A DNA stretch of 63,532 nucleotides from Myxococcota bacterium (GCA_041605395.1 JBFIYM010000001.1:1-63532); one strand, 5' to 3'. Shown: positions 10,133 to 19,195, counted from the stretch's first letter. Notes: generated by a model not told the origin, from the letters alone. A program made the numbers and translations.

Positions 10133-10157
10133 GGGCGCCCGTACCCGGAAGGCGCCC
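10133..10157. terminator. GC hairpin downstream of rmuC (weak terminator candidate)
   Basis: gggcgcc (10133-10139) pairs with ggcgccc (10151-10157) around an 11-nt loop. No U-tract. Confidence 0.25.
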
Positions 10158-10184
10158 AGCCGGTCGCTCCGTCAAAGCGTCGGG

Positions 10185-11435
10185 TCAGACCTCGGGATCG
10201 AGCTCCTCGGGCAGCAGCGCCGCGGCCTCGGAGGCGGGCAGCTCCTGCACCTGATTGAGACGTCGCTCGATGTAGCGGCTCTTCGCGGACGCCTCGCCGA
10301 TCTTGTTCGAGGCCTCGTCGAGCTTCTTCTGGACGCCCGCCAGCAGGTCGCCGAACTTGCCGAACTGGGTCTTCACGGCGCCGAGCAGCTGCTGCACCTC
10401 CTGGGAGCGCTTCTGGATGGCGAGCGTCCGGAAGCCCATCTGGAGCGAGCCCAGGATGGCGAGCAGCGTGGTGGGGCCGGCCAGCGTCACGTTGTAGTCG
10501 CGTCGCAGGCTGTCGAACAGGCCCGGCCGCCGCAGCACTTCCGCGTACAGGCTCTCGGTGGGCAGGAACAGCAGCGCGAAGTCCGTCGTGTGCGGGGGGC
10601 AGACATACTTGTCGCGAATCGCGCGCGCCTCCTGCTTGAGGCGGTTCTCGAGCGACCGGCTGGCCTGCTCGGCTGCCTCGAGGTCCCCCCGCTCGTGGGC
10701 GTCCAGCAAGCGCTCGTAGTCCTCGTGCGGGAACTTGGCGTCGATCGGGAGCCACAGCTCGTGTTCGTCGCTCCCCGGCATGCGCACGGCGGCGTCGACA
10801 CGCTCGGCCGAGCCCGGCCGCATCGCCACCTGTCGTTGCCACTGGTCGGCCGTGAGCGTGTCGTCGAGCAGCGTCTCGAGGCGGGCCTCGCCGAAGCTGC
10901 CGCGGGCGCGGACGTTCGTGAGCACCTTCTTGAGGTCGCCGACGCCGACGGCGAGGGTCTGCATCTCACCGAGGCCCTGGTGCACGGCCTCGAGACGCGC
11001 GCTCACCTGCTGGAAGGCGGCGCCGAGCCGCTGCTCGAGCGTGCTCTGGAGCTTCTCGTCGACCGTGGCGCGCATCTCCTCGAGGCGCTTCTGCGTCTCC
11101 TGCTGGATCTGCCCGAGGCGGAGGTCGACGGCGCCGCGCAGCACGTCGATGCGCTTCTCCACCGTCTCGCCCACGGCGCGCAGGCTGCCCCCCACTTCCT
11201 CGCGCAGGTGGTGGGTCTGGCCGGCGAGCTCGCGGCGGCTCTGCGCGAGCTCCTCGCGTAGCACGCGTTCGCCACGCTCCTGGGCCCGGGCGAGCCCCTC
11301 CAGCTGGTTGGCCGTGGCCGCCGCGCTCTCCCGAGCCGACCGCGCGGCGCGCACGATGGCCAGCGCCGCGGCGGCCACCGCGGCCGCGAGCAGCAGCCCA
11401 CCGAACAAGCCGGCCGTCGCGAGCCAGGCTTCCAT
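10185..11435 (-). CDS. rmuC: DNA recombination protein RmuC
   Basis: 416 aa. N-terminal TM, long coiled coil, and a C-terminal RmuC nuclease-like domain (LPIDAKFP, FALLFLPTESLY, IAGPTTL-like). Confidence 0.9.
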   Translation of the reverse strand: MEAWLATAGLFGGLLLAAAVAAAALAIVRAARSARESAAATANQLEGLARAQERGERVLREELAQSRRELAGQTHHLREEVGGSLRAVGETVEKRIDVLRGAVDLRLGQIQQETQKRLEEMRATVDEKLQSTLEQRLGAAFQQVSARLEAVHQGLGEMQTLAVGVGDLKKVLTNVRARGSFGEARLETLLDDTLTADQWQRQVAMRPGSAERVDAAVRMPGSDEHELWLPIDAKFPHEDYERLLDAHERGDLEAAEQASRSLENRLKQEARAIRDKYVCPPHTTDFALLFLPTESLYAEVLRRPGLFDSLRRDYNVTLAGPTTLLAILGSLQMGFRTLAIQKRSQEVQQLLGAVKTQFGKFGDLLAGVQKKLDEASNKIGEASAKSRYIERRLNQVQELPASEAAALLPEELDPEV

Positions 11436-11499
11436 CGCGTCCCCCCTCTCAGCTCCCCCGAGCCTCTCGAGGGTTGATCATAGGAAGCTTCGCCCTCCC

Positions 11500-11520
11500 C
11501 TGTGACGGAACCGGTCACAG
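11500..11520. other. 7-bp-stem palindrome between the pspC-domain gene and rmuC
   Basis: ctgtgac-ggaaccg-gtcacag. It lies 60 nt downstream of the pspC stop and 65 nt upstream of the rmuC start. It could be a terminator or an operator. Confidence 0.25.
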
Positions 11521-11579
11521 CTCGGGAAGAAGGCCCCTGGATCCCCGTGGGAACGTCGGAGCGCGGCCGCGGTCGAGCC

Positions 11580-11783
11580 TCAGTCCTCCCGCTCGGGCAT
11601 CAGCACCCAGAGGATCACGTACACGAGGATGCCGGGGAACGCGGCCGACGCGATGGAGACGATCACGTAGAGCAGCCGCACGACGGAGGCGCTCCAGCCG
11701 AGCCACTCCGCGATTCCGCCGCATACGCCCGCGATCATGCGCTGGTCGCGCGAGCGTTGGAGACCGGGCTTCTTGACGGGCAT
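11580..11783 (-). CDS. PspC domain-containing small membrane protein
   Basis: 67 aa. L.RSRDQRMIAGVCGGIAEWLG is the canonical PspC N-terminal motif, followed by a TM helix. Confidence 0.8.
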   Translation of the reverse strand: MPVKKPGLQRSRDQRMIAGVCGGIAEWLGWSASVVRLLYVIVSIASAAFPGILVYVILWVLMPERED

Positions 11784-11850
11784 GGTTCGACTCCTCCGGG
11801 CAGCACGCGGTGGTACGCAGCGGGCGGGCCCCGGGTTCGCGCGCCGTCCG

Positions 11851-11862
11851 CTCAGCTGAAGA
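11851..11862. repeat. Left copy of the 12-bp direct repeat flanking the IS (candidate target-site duplication)
   Basis: ctcagctgaaga is identical to 13069-13080. Confidence 0.6.
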
Positions 11863-13068
11863 ACGGTGGCGCGAAGATTGGGTCTTCCCGGGCCGAGCTG
11901 CGCGCCGGAGCCCGTGAGTTCGCCTCACACGGCGTAGCGGAGCCGGTGCGTGCGGAGGGCGGGGAGGCAGCGCGTTGGGATCCGGCCGAAATAGCAGCGG
12001 CGGAGCCAGCCGCGAAGCGGCAGACGCCACGGGAAGAGCCGCTCGCGCAGCAGGGCGCGGAGCGTCGGGCGATGGGGGAGGACGCCGAGCAGGACGGCCG
12101 GCGGCGCATCTCGCCTCCGCTCGGAGCGCGGCTTCAGGTAGTTCCGCCACACCGTGAAGATCGCCATCCGATAGAGCGCTCCCTGGCGACGTTTCGAGAA
12201 CGCAATCGTCTCGCGTTTGTGGTTCGCCCCGGTGTGCCGGATCAGCAGATCCGCGAGGTTGGCCGGGAACAGCCGATTCGCAGGCGTTCGCGCATCCCGC
12301 GACGAGGTCGTGTGGTGGCGGATCCGCCGGTCGCGGAGCCGGCCGAAGGCCCGGGGATAGGCCGTGTGGAGGTCGGAGTGGACGGTCACGGTGCCCCCCG
12401 CCGGCACGGTGCGGGCGACGAGCTCCTGGACGGCCTCGCGGGTGGCCTCGGGCCGCGGGCGCCCGAAGCGGCGCTCGAGCGTCTGGCGTCGGCGACGCTG
12501 CGCGGGGGTCATGGTCCCCGAGCGGCGGAGCTCGGCGTCGTTGAAGCCGTAGACGAAGTGCGACTCCCCGACCAACAGGTTGAGGTCGAAGGGCCAGTAC
12601 TGGGCGGCCTCGAAGGTACGGAGGCCATCGAGTACGACGGGCTCCGACGGCCCCGCACGGGGACGCAGCGCCTCGTGAAGCAGCAAGCAGTGGCGACCGA
12701 GGCGCTCGACCTGGCGCTGCACCGTGGCGTGGTGGACGCCCTGCTCTTGGGCAATCTGGCGGAGCGCGGAGCAGGCGAGGACCCGATAGAAGAGGCCCCG
12801 GAACACTCGTGGCGCGCGGAGCCAGTAGGTGGGCGAGAACGTCTGGTCACTGAAGCTGCGCCGGCAGCGTTGACAGCGGTACCGCTGGACGGGACGCCGG
12901 GCAGCGGCCGTGCGGTAGAAACCCTTCTTCGTGAAGCGCCAACCCCACGGATCCGCGTGGGAATCGCACGTCGGGTTCGGACAGAAAGGCGGACGGAAGC
13001 GGCGCCGAGATCCAGACACGCGCCCTTCGACAGCACGGACCGTGCCAGGCGCAATCTACGCGCCACAA
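11863..13068 (-). mobile_element. IS1-like insertion sequence (about 1.2 kb) with a single fused transposase ORF
   Basis: Terminal inverted repeats ggtggcgcgaagattg (11865-11880) and caatctacgcgccaca (13052-13067) match at 14 of 16 positions. They are flanked by the identical 12-bp direct repeat ctcagctgaaga and enclose a zinc-finger/DDE transposase ORF. Confidence 0.7.
11925..13019 (-). CDS. IS1-family-like transposase (InsA-type zinc finger + HTH fused in frame to an InsB-type catalytic region)
   Basis: 364 aa. The N-terminal CPNPTC...YRCQRCRRSFSDQTF zinc finger resembles IS1 InsA. C-terminal NLADLLIRHTGANHKRETIAFSKRRQGALYRMAIFTVWRNY resembles the end of IS1 InsB (NLNLRQHLARL.RKSLSFSKS...). 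Confidence 0.7.
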   Translation of the reverse strand: MSGSRRRFRPPFCPNPTCDSHADPWGWRFTKKGFYRTAAARRPVQRYRCQRCRRSFSDQTFSPTYWLRAPRVFRGLFYRVLACSALRQIAQEQGVHHATVQRQVERLGRHCLLLHEALRPRAGPSEPVVLDGLRTFEAAQYWPFDLNLLVGESHFVYGFNDAELRRSGTMTPAQRRRRQTLERRFGRPRPEATREAVQELVARTVPAGGTVTVHSDLHTAYPRAFGRLRDRRIRHHTTSSRDARTPANRLFPANLADLLIRHTGANHKRETIAFSKRRQGALYRMAIFTVWRNYLKPRSERRRDAPPAVLLGVLPHRPTLRALLRERLFPWRLPLRGWLRRCYFGRIPTRCLPALRTHRLRYAV

Positions 13069-13080
13069 CTCAGCTGAAGA
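13069..13080. repeat. Right copy of the 12-bp direct repeat; contains the traB stop codon
   Basis: ctcagctgaaga. The traB stop codon occupies 13070-13072 (tca on the plus strand, TGA on the minus strand). Confidence 0.6.
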
Positions 13081-14248
13081 CGCTCGCGAGCAGACGGGCG
13101 CCGCCGACCCAGGTGCCGATGATCCCGCCCAGGGTCGAGAGCGTGAAGACCAGCAGCACCCGCAGCAGCCGGTTGCGCCAGAGCCCCGAGGCGGTGCCGA
13201 GGTCTTCGAGCGCACTCGACAGCTCGCGGACGAACGGGGGTCGCATCCACGACTGCACCAGCGCGGTGACGTGCCCGATGCCGATCAGCGGAGAGAGCGC
13301 CGTCAGCGGCGCCAGCAGCAACGCCGAAAGCACGGTGGCCGGATGGCCGAGCGCGAGCAGGGTCCCGAAGGCGCTCGGGAGCCCGGTTGCGAGCGCGAAG
13401 AAGGCCACGTTCTCGCCGGCCACGGCGCCGCCGTCGCGCACGCCGATCCAGAACAGGGAGAGCACCACGAGGGCGGGGATGCCCCAGCCCAGAACGTGGG
13501 TCCAGCGCGAAGGGCCGGGGGTGGTCGAGAGCGCCGCGAGATCGATCCGCTCCTCGCGCTCGAGCGCGCGAACGATGCCCTCCACGTGTCCCGCGCCGAC
13601 GACCGCGACCACCCGACGGCCCTCGGTCTCGCGGATGCGCTCCGCCAGATAGGCGTCGCGTTCGTCGATCAGCACGAGCTTCAGGCCGGGGAAGGCCTCG
13701 CCGAGCTCCGTGAGGAGCCGCGACAGCACGTCCGTCCGGCGCAGCTCGCGGAGGTCCTCCTCGCTGAGCTCCTCGCGCTCGAAGAGCGCGGCCGAGAAGC
13801 TGGCCAGCAGCAGCATGCGCTTCCGGAAGGAGAGGGCGCGCCAGGCGCGGCGTAGCGTGATGCGGACGTCGCGGTCGCACAGCGCCACGGGGATGCCGGC
13901 CGCCTCGGCGCAGCGCGCGGCTTCGAGCAGCTCCGCGCCCGGCCTGACGCCGAGGGCGACTCCGAGCGAGCGCTGATAGGCGGCGAGCGCCAGGTTCAGC
14001 CCCAGCGTTGCCAGCTGGCGCGTGCGGATCACCTGCCGGAGGTCGAGCGCCTCGAAGCGATCGGGGCGCGAGAGCGCTTCGAAGCGTTTCGGGTCGAGCT
14101 CGATGGCGACCGCGTCGGGGCGAAGCTCGTCGATGGTCTGGCGCACGAGGTCGACGGACTCGCGCGAGACGTGCGCGGTGCCCACGACGACGATCTCGCG
14201 CTCGCCCTGGCGAACGACGCGCAGATCGTCCGACCCGAGTACACTCAT
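13070..14248 (-). CDS. TraB/GumN family protein
   Basis: Start MSVLGSDDLRVV at ATG 14248. VVVGTAHVSRESVDLVRQTIDELRPDAVAIELD is the TraB signature. C-terminal TM helices. Confidence 0.85.
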   Translation of the reverse strand: MSVLGSDDLRVVRQGEREIVVVGTAHVSRESVDLVRQTIDELRPDAVAIELDPKRFEALSRPDRFEALDLRQVIRTRQLATLGLNLALAAYQRSLGVALGVRPGAELLEAARCAEAAGIPVALCDRDVRITLRRAWRALSFRKRMLLLASFSAALFEREELSEEDLRELRRTDVLSRLLTELGEAFPGLKLVLIDERDAYLAERIRETEGRRVVAVVGAGHVEGIVRALEREERIDLAALSTTPGPSRWTHVLGWGIPALVVLSLFWIGVRDGGAVAGENVAFFALATGLPSAFGTLLALGHPATVLSALLLAPLTALSPLIGIGHVTALVQSWMRPPFVRELSSALEDLGTASGLWRNRLLRVLLVFTLSTLGGIIGTWVGGARLLASVFS

Positions 14249-14312
14249 CCGGCGGAAGCTAACTGCAAGCGAAGCGCGCAGCGAGGCGAAGCCGAGCGGA
14301 GTCCCAGGAGTC

Positions 14313-15122
14313 ATGCCGCTGCCCTTCGTGAAGCTGGTCGCAGCCGGCAACGCCTACCTGGCGGTGGACGGCTGCGCTGCGACGCGCGACTGGTCGCGCC
14401 TGGCGCGCGTCATGGGCGATCCGCACTTCGGGGTCGGGTCGGACGGCCTGCTCGTGGCCGTCCCGTCCGAGCGCGCGCCCATCGGGCTCCGCATCTGGAA
14501 CTCCGATGGCTCCGAGGCCGAGATGAGCGGCAACGGCGTCCGCCTGTTCGCCAAGTTCGCGCTCGAGGCCGGCCTGGCCGAGGCGGACGCGGACGGGCTC
14601 GGGATCGAGACGAAGGCCGGCCTCCGCACGGTCTGGCCCGAGCGGGTCCGCGGGCGCATGGTGGGCGGGCGGGTCGCCATGGGCATCCCGGAGGCCGTTC
14701 GGCGCTCGCTGTCGCTCGCCGTGGGCGAGCGCATCCTCTCCGTGACCTGCCTCTCGCTCGGCAATCCGCACGCCGTTCACCTGACCGACGCGCCGGTCGG
14801 CGCCTTCCCCCTCGCCGAGATCGGCCCTGCGGTCGAGCGGCATCCGCTGTTCCCGAACCGCGTGAACTTCGAGGTGGTGAACGTGCTGGCACGCGACCGG
14901 CTGCGCGTGCGCGTGTTCGAGCGCGGCGAGGGGGAGACGCGATCGTCGGGCACCGGAAGCACGGCCTCGGTCGTCGCGGCGCGGCTCCTCGGGCGGGTGG
15001 GCGCCGAGGTGACGGTCGAGCTGCCCGGCGGCGAGCTCGGCGTCCGCTTCGAGGGCGAGGGCTCGCCGGCCTTCCTGGAGGGCCCGACCGCGGAGGTGTT
15101 CCGCGGCCTCTGGCCCGGGTGA
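14313..15122 (+). CDS. dapF: Diaminopimelate epimerase
   Basis: MPLPFVKLVAAGNAYLAV, SDGSEAEMSGNG, GNPHAVH and ETRSSGTGSTA (catalytic Cys replaced or shifted; check). Divergent from traB across a 64-bp spacer. Confidence 0.85.
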   Translation: MPLPFVKLVAAGNAYLAVDGCAATRDWSRLARVMGDPHFGVGSDGLLVAVPSERAPIGLRIWNSDGSEAEMSGNGVRLFAKFALEAGLAEADADGLGIETKAGLRTVWPERVRGRMVGGRVAMGIPEAVRRSLSLAVGERILSVTCLSLGNPHAVHLTDAPVGAFPLAEIGPAVERHPLFPNRVNFEVVNVLARDRLRVRVFERGEGETRSSGTGSTASVVAARLLGRVGAEVTVELPGGELGVRFEGEGSPAFLEGPTAEVFRGLWPG

Positions 15123-15158
15123 ACGGCGCCCGGAGGCCGCCGTCGGGGTGGCCGGGTC

Positions 15159-15908
15159 TCAGACCGGGACGATGCGGGTCCCGGCGATCGTGGCACTGCC
15201 GTCGGGCCCGGCGACGCCGGCGCGGCGAGCCTCCGCTGCGAAGTGGTCGCGGTCGCGCACCGCCACCTCGACACCGATCAGGGCGGGCTCGGCGGCGTCG
15301 GCGCGCCCGACGAAGCGCAGGCGCGTGCCCTGGTCGAGCGAGAGCAGGAAGCCTCCCCCCTCCGTGGCCTCGGGCCCGACGCCCAGCACCTCGCCCCAGC
15401 GCGCGGCGAGCTTCTCGGGGTCCGCCGCCTCGAGCAGGGCGCCGACGAGGCCCGTCGCCACCTCGCTGCGGGCGCGTGTCTCCCAGTCGGGCCCCGCCCA
15501 CTCCCAGGATTCGGGCGGGTCCATCCAGTCGAGCGACACGATGGCGCCGCCGACGTCGCGCGGGTGGAGATGGATCGTGGCCGCGTGGTCCAGCTTCGCC
15601 TCCCACACCACGCGCACGCCGACGCCCTCCACGTGGGCCCGGGCGTCGGCCAGGTCGCTCGTCTGGAAGATCGCCATGTAGCCGGCGTCGCCGCCGCGGC
15701 GCTCGAGCCAGCGGCCCGCGGCGGTGTCGGGCTTCACGGGGGCCACCAGCTCGAGGAAGGCGTCGCCGACCGGAAGCACGGCGTTCTCGAGGCCGAACAC
15801 CCCCACCCCCCGGTCGTGGAACGCCTCCCCGAGCCCCAGGACACTCCGCAGCTGGCCCAGCGCCGGCTCGAGCGATCGCACCGCGAGGGCCACCTGACGA
15901 AGTCGCAT
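15159..15908 (-). CDS. VOC (glyoxalase-like) family protein, two-domain
   Basis: Starts at MRLRQVALAVRSLEP (ATG 15908) with a glyoxalase-like fold pattern. The 630-aa track ORF is an artefactual upstream extension. Confidence 0.7.
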   Translation of the reverse strand: MRLRQVALAVRSLEPALGQLRSVLGLGEAFHDRGVGVFGLENAVLPVGDAFLELVAPVKPDTAAGRWLERRGGDAGYMAIFQTSDLADARAHVEGVGVRVVWEAKLDHAATIHLHPRDVGGAIVSLDWMDPPESWEWAGPDWETRARSEVATGLVGALLEAADPEKLAARWGEVLGVGPEATEGGGFLLSLDQGTRLRFVGRADAAEPALIGVEVAVRDRDHFAAEARRAGVAGPDGSATIAGTRIVPV

Positions 15909-16007
15909 GACGAACCTCCCGGGTGCGGAGACCGTGCCGCCCGGCCCAGGATACCGCGGCTCAAGTGGGGGAGGCCGCGACCCGATTCCTAGCGTTCGGG
16001 GGGGTCC

Positions 16008-16313
16008 ATGCCCGATTCGGCGGCATTCGAGTGCGCCTGCGTCGAGCTGGAAGCTCGGACGACGCTCGACCGTCTCGCCTCGCGCGGCACCGTCCGGATC
16101 GCACTCAAGCAGGCCGGGCTCGAGGCCCGCAGCGTGACGCCGGAGCAGCTCGCGGTCGTCATCCAGAAGATCCTGCCCTCGGAGCTCTCGAGCCGCGGCG
16201 TCGACGCGGTGGAGGAGGTCTGCCAGCGGATCCTGGGCGCCCTTCGCGGGGTCGCCGCGGGGCCCATCTCCGATACCCCCGATGCCGTCTTCAAGCGTCT
16301 GGGCGGCGACTAG
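16008..16313 (+). CDS. Hypothetical small soluble protein (101 aa)
   Basis: Coding-like GC3 bias and non-repetitive composition. It sits immediately upstream of the 7-TM paralog pair. I do not recognise a family. Confidence 0.45.
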   Translation: MPDSAAFECACVELEARTTLDRLASRGTVRIALKQAGLEARSVTPEQLAVVIQKILPSELSSRGVDAVEEVCQRILGALRGVAAGPISDTPDAVFKRLGGD

Positions 16314-16322
16314 GTCGGCGTC

Positions 16323-17096
16323 ATGACCGGCTTGGAGCTCCTGGTTCTGGCATCGGGCCTCGCGTTCGTGGCCGCGGGCGGTGTGGTCGGGGTCCGGCTG
16401 CTGCAGCTGGCGGGTCGCACCCGCGGGCTCCCGGAGCGCGTGATCGGCTTCTCCCTGCTCATGCTCGCGGCCGTCTCCTGGCCGCTGATGCTCGTGGTCT
16501 CGGCCCCCGAGCCGCCCGCCGCCTGGATCCAGCGCTCCGCGCTGGTCGGCGCGAGCGTCGCCATGGCGCTCGGCTGGTCCGGGGTGTTCGTGTTCACCTG
16601 GCGCGTGTTCCGGCCGGGCGACGGTTGGGCGCGGCTTCTCGCCGGGATCGGGATCGGCCTCGAGCTCGGCGCGGGAATGGCCATGGTGCTTCGCGCGCTC
16701 ACGCTCGAGGACGCGAGCGCACTCCGCCATCCCGCGACCGCCGGCCTGCTGCTGCTGGTCGGCGCCCAGGTGGTGTACGTGTGGTCCGCCGCCGAGTCCT
16801 TCCGCTACCGGGCGCTGCTGCGAAGGCGCATTCCCCTGGGCCTCGCCGACCCGCTGGTGGCGAACCGGGTCGGTCTGTGGGGCTGGACGGCCGTCTTCGC
16901 CGGCGGCTCCATCGCCCCCTCCACGGCGGCCATGCTGAGTGGCGGCGATCCGCACGCGCCGCTCAACCACCTCGTCGTCGGGGTGTGCGGCCTGGTCTGC
17001 AGCGGCGCCCTCACGCTCGCCTTCCTGCCGCCGGCCTGGTACGTGCGCCACGTGCGGGGGAACACGCAGGTCCAGGTCATCGAAGGCGCCCCGTGA
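16323..17096 (+). CDS. Hypothetical polytopic membrane protein (about 7 TM), paralog A
   Basis: Seven hydrophobic segments. Shares FVFTWRVFRP, FRYRALLRRR.PLGLADP.V.NR and LAFLPP with the next gene. Confidence 0.6.
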   Translation: MTGLELLVLASGLAFVAAGGVVGVRLLQLAGRTRGLPERVIGFSLLMLAAVSWPLMLVVSAPEPPAAWIQRSALVGASVAMALGWSGVFVFTWRVFRPGDGWARLLAGIGIGLELGAGMAMVLRALTLEDASALRHPATAGLLLLVGAQVVYVWSAAESFRYRALLRRRIPLGLADPLVANRVGLWGWTAVFAGGSIAPSTAAMLSGGDPHAPLNHLVVGVCGLVCSGALTLAFLPPAWYVRHVRGNTQVQVIEGAP

Positions 17097-17833
17097 TCCC
17101 GGTCTTCTCGGGCATCGCCACCCTCGCCTTCGTGGTCGTCTCCGCCGGGGTCGGCGTGAGGCTGCTCCTGCTCGCGCGACGCACCCGCGCCGTGCCCGAG
17201 CTCGCCCTCGGTATCGCCTTCTTTGCCGTGGGTGCCGTCGGCTATCCGCTGGGACTGGCCTCGGTCGTGCCGGGCCTGCCGGAGCTGCCCGCCCGGGTGG
17301 GGTTCGCCCTCGCGAACCTCGCCACCGGGGTCGGCTCGGCGGCGGTCTTCGTCTTCACGCGCAGCGTGTTCCGGCCCGAAGCGCGCTGGGCGGCGGCGCT
17401 CGTCGTCGCCGCGAGCGCGGTGCTCGCGGTGCAGGTCGCGTTCGGAGTGGCCCGCGCGCTCACCGCGGCGCCCGCCAGCTTCGCGGAGGCGGACCTGGGC
17501 TTCTCCGTCCGGCAGGCCGTGACGGCGCTCTCCTACGCCTGGACGGCCCTCGAGGCGCTTCGCTATCGCGGCCTCCTCGTGCGGCGCCTGGTTCTCGGCC
17601 TTGCGGACGCCGTCGTGGTCAACCGCTTCCTGCTCTGGGCGGTCGCCGGGGCGGGCGCCTTCGCGGGCTCCTCGGTGATGAGCGCGGTGTCGCTCGCCGG
17701 GGCCACGCCCTGGCAGGATCCGATCGCGCTGCTGGCCGTCGGGGCGGGCGGCTTGACCGCCGCGGTCTGCGCCGGGCTCGCCTTCCTTCCCCCCCGGGCC
17801 TACCGGGCCTGGATCGAACGCCGCGCCGCCTGA
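17093..17833 (+). CDS. Hypothetical polytopic membrane protein (about 7 TM), paralog B
   Basis: The GTG at 17093 overlaps the upstream stop (GTGA). Motifs FVFTRSVFRP, LRYRGLLVRRLVLGLADAVVVNR and LAFLPP are collinear with paralog A. Confidence 0.6.
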   Translation: MIPVFSGIATLAFVVVSAGVGVRLLLLARRTRAVPELALGIAFFAVGAVGYPLGLASVVPGLPELPARVGFALANLATGVGSAAVFVFTRSVFRPEARWAAALVVAASAVLAVQVAFGVARALTAAPASFAEADLGFSVRQAVTALSYAWTALEALRYRGLLVRRLVLGLADAVVVNRFLLWAVAGAGAFAGSSVMSAVSLAGATPWQDPIALLAVGAGGLTAAVCAGLAFLPPRAYRAWIERRAA

Positions 17834-17894
17834 GGCGGGGCGTGCGGCGCCCCCTTCCTTCCCTACCCTTCCAGGTTGCGTGAAGGAGGGATCG

Positions 17895-18770
17895 ATGAAG
17901 CGCATTCTGCTGTTCCTGGCCACGAACATCGCCGTGCTCGCGGTGGCGGGCATCGTGCTCCAGGCCCTCGGGATCGAGTCGATCCTCGACGAGCAGGGGG
18001 TGGGCCTCGACTTCCGGTCGCTGCTGATCTTCTGCGCCGTGTTCGGCATGGGCGGCTCCTTCGTCTCGCTGCTCCTCTCGAAGTGGATGGCGAAGCGCAT
18101 GGTCGGCGCCCAGGTGATCCAGGAGCCCAAGAGCCCGGCCGAGCAGTGGTTGGTCGAGACGGTCCGCCAGCAGGCCCAGGCCGCCGGCATCGGAATGCCG
18201 GAGGTGGCGCTCTACCAGGACGATACGCCGAACGCCTTCGCGACCGGCGCGCGACGCGACAAGGCGCTGGTGGCCGTCTCCACCGGCCTGCTGCGGCGCA
18301 TGAAGCCCGAAGAGGTGCAGGCCGTGCTCGGCCACGAGGTGAGCCACGTCGCGAACGGCGACATGGTGACGCTCACCCTCATCCAGGGCGTGGTGAACAC
18401 CTTCGTGCTCTTCTTCTCGCGCGTGGCCGGCTTCGTGGTCGACCGCGTCGTGTTCCGGAACGAGCGCGGTGTGGGGATCGGCTTCTTCGTCTCGAGCCTC
18501 GTGTTCCAGATCCTGTTCGGCATCCTCGCCTCGATGATCGTGATGTGGTTCTCGCGCCAGCGCGAGTTCCGCGCGGATGCGGGGGGGGCGCGCCTGGCGG
18601 GACGCGAGAACATGGTGGGCGCGCTCCAGCGCCTCGCGGCCGGTCCGAAGGAGCCGCTGCCCGAGGCGCTCCAGGCCTTCGGCATCTCGAGCGGGCAGGT
18701 GGGTGGCTGGCGACGCCTGATGATGTCGCACCCGCCGCTCGAGGAGCGGATCGCCCGGCTCAGGAGCTAG
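17895..18770 (+). CDS. htpX: Zinc metalloprotease HtpX
   Basis: Collinear with E. coli HtpX (MKRILLFLATN..., GGSFVSLLLSKWMA, AFATGARRD, HEVSHVANGDMV, HREF.AD, MSHPPLEERI). GGAGGG Shine-Dalgarno 5 nt upstream of ATG 17895. Confidence 0.92.
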   Translation: MKRILLFLATNIAVLAVAGIVLQALGIESILDEQGVGLDFRSLLIFCAVFGMGGSFVSLLLSKWMAKRMVGAQVIQEPKSPAEQWLVETVRQQAQAAGIGMPEVALYQDDTPNAFATGARRDKALVAVSTGLLRRMKPEEVQAVLGHEVSHVANGDMVTLTLIQGVVNTFVLFFSRVAGFVVDRVVFRNERGVGIGFFVSSLVFQILFGILASMIVMWFSRQREFRADAGGARLAGRENMVGALQRLAAGPKEPLPEALQAFGISSGQVGGWRRLMMSHPPLEERIARLRS

Positions 18771-18772
18771 CT

Positions 18773-18794
18773 GGGGCCTTCGGCCGGGTCTTTT
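18773..18794 (+). terminator. Weak intrinsic terminator candidate after htpX
   Basis: ggcc-ttc-ggcc (4-bp stem) followed by gggtctttt. The same GGCCTTCGGCC motif is seen after ggt. Confidence 0.3.
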
Positions 18795-18829
18795 CGTCGC
18801 TCGCCGCTTTGCGGCGGCTCAACGGCGGC

Positions 18830-19195
18830 TCAGCGGCGGCTCATCTCCGCTTCCCAGTTCCGCCCGTCGAAGCGTGAGACGGGGAGCGCGTCCGCGTCCA
18901 CGCCCTCGAGGCAGCGCGCGTTGACGTCGATCTTGTCCGGGTCGGAGCGCGCGACGCGGAAGGGAGAGATCCCGCAGCGCTTGCAGAAGTGGTGCTTGGC
19001 CACGCCCGTGCCGAACTCGTAGGTGGCGTAGTCGTCGGCGCCGGCGAGCAGGCGGAAGTGCTCGGGCGAGACGGTCCAGTGCAGATAGCCGGTGCGCTGG
19101 CAGATCGAGCAGTTGCACACCAGCACCTCGGTCAGCTCGCCGTCCGCCTCGAAGCGAATGCGTCCGCAGTGGCAGCTGCCGCGATGGGTGGGCAC
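18830..19195 (-). CDS. GFA (glutathione-dependent formaldehyde-activating / CENP-V) family protein
   Basis: 121 aa. GSCHCGRIRF, CNCSIC and FCKRCG zinc-binding Cys pattern. Confidence 0.85.
   Translation of the reverse strand: MPTHRGSCHCGRIRFEADGELTEVLVCNCSICQRTGYLHWTVSPEHFRLLAGADDYATYEFGTGVAKHHFCKRCGISPFRVARSDPDKIDVNARCLEGVDADALPVSRFDGRNWEAEMSRR

Noticed and set aside
14886-14903. TGGCACG-N-CGGC motif resembling a sigma-54 promoter
   Set aside because: It lies inside the dapF coding sequence, has a poor -12 element, and no gene starts downstream.
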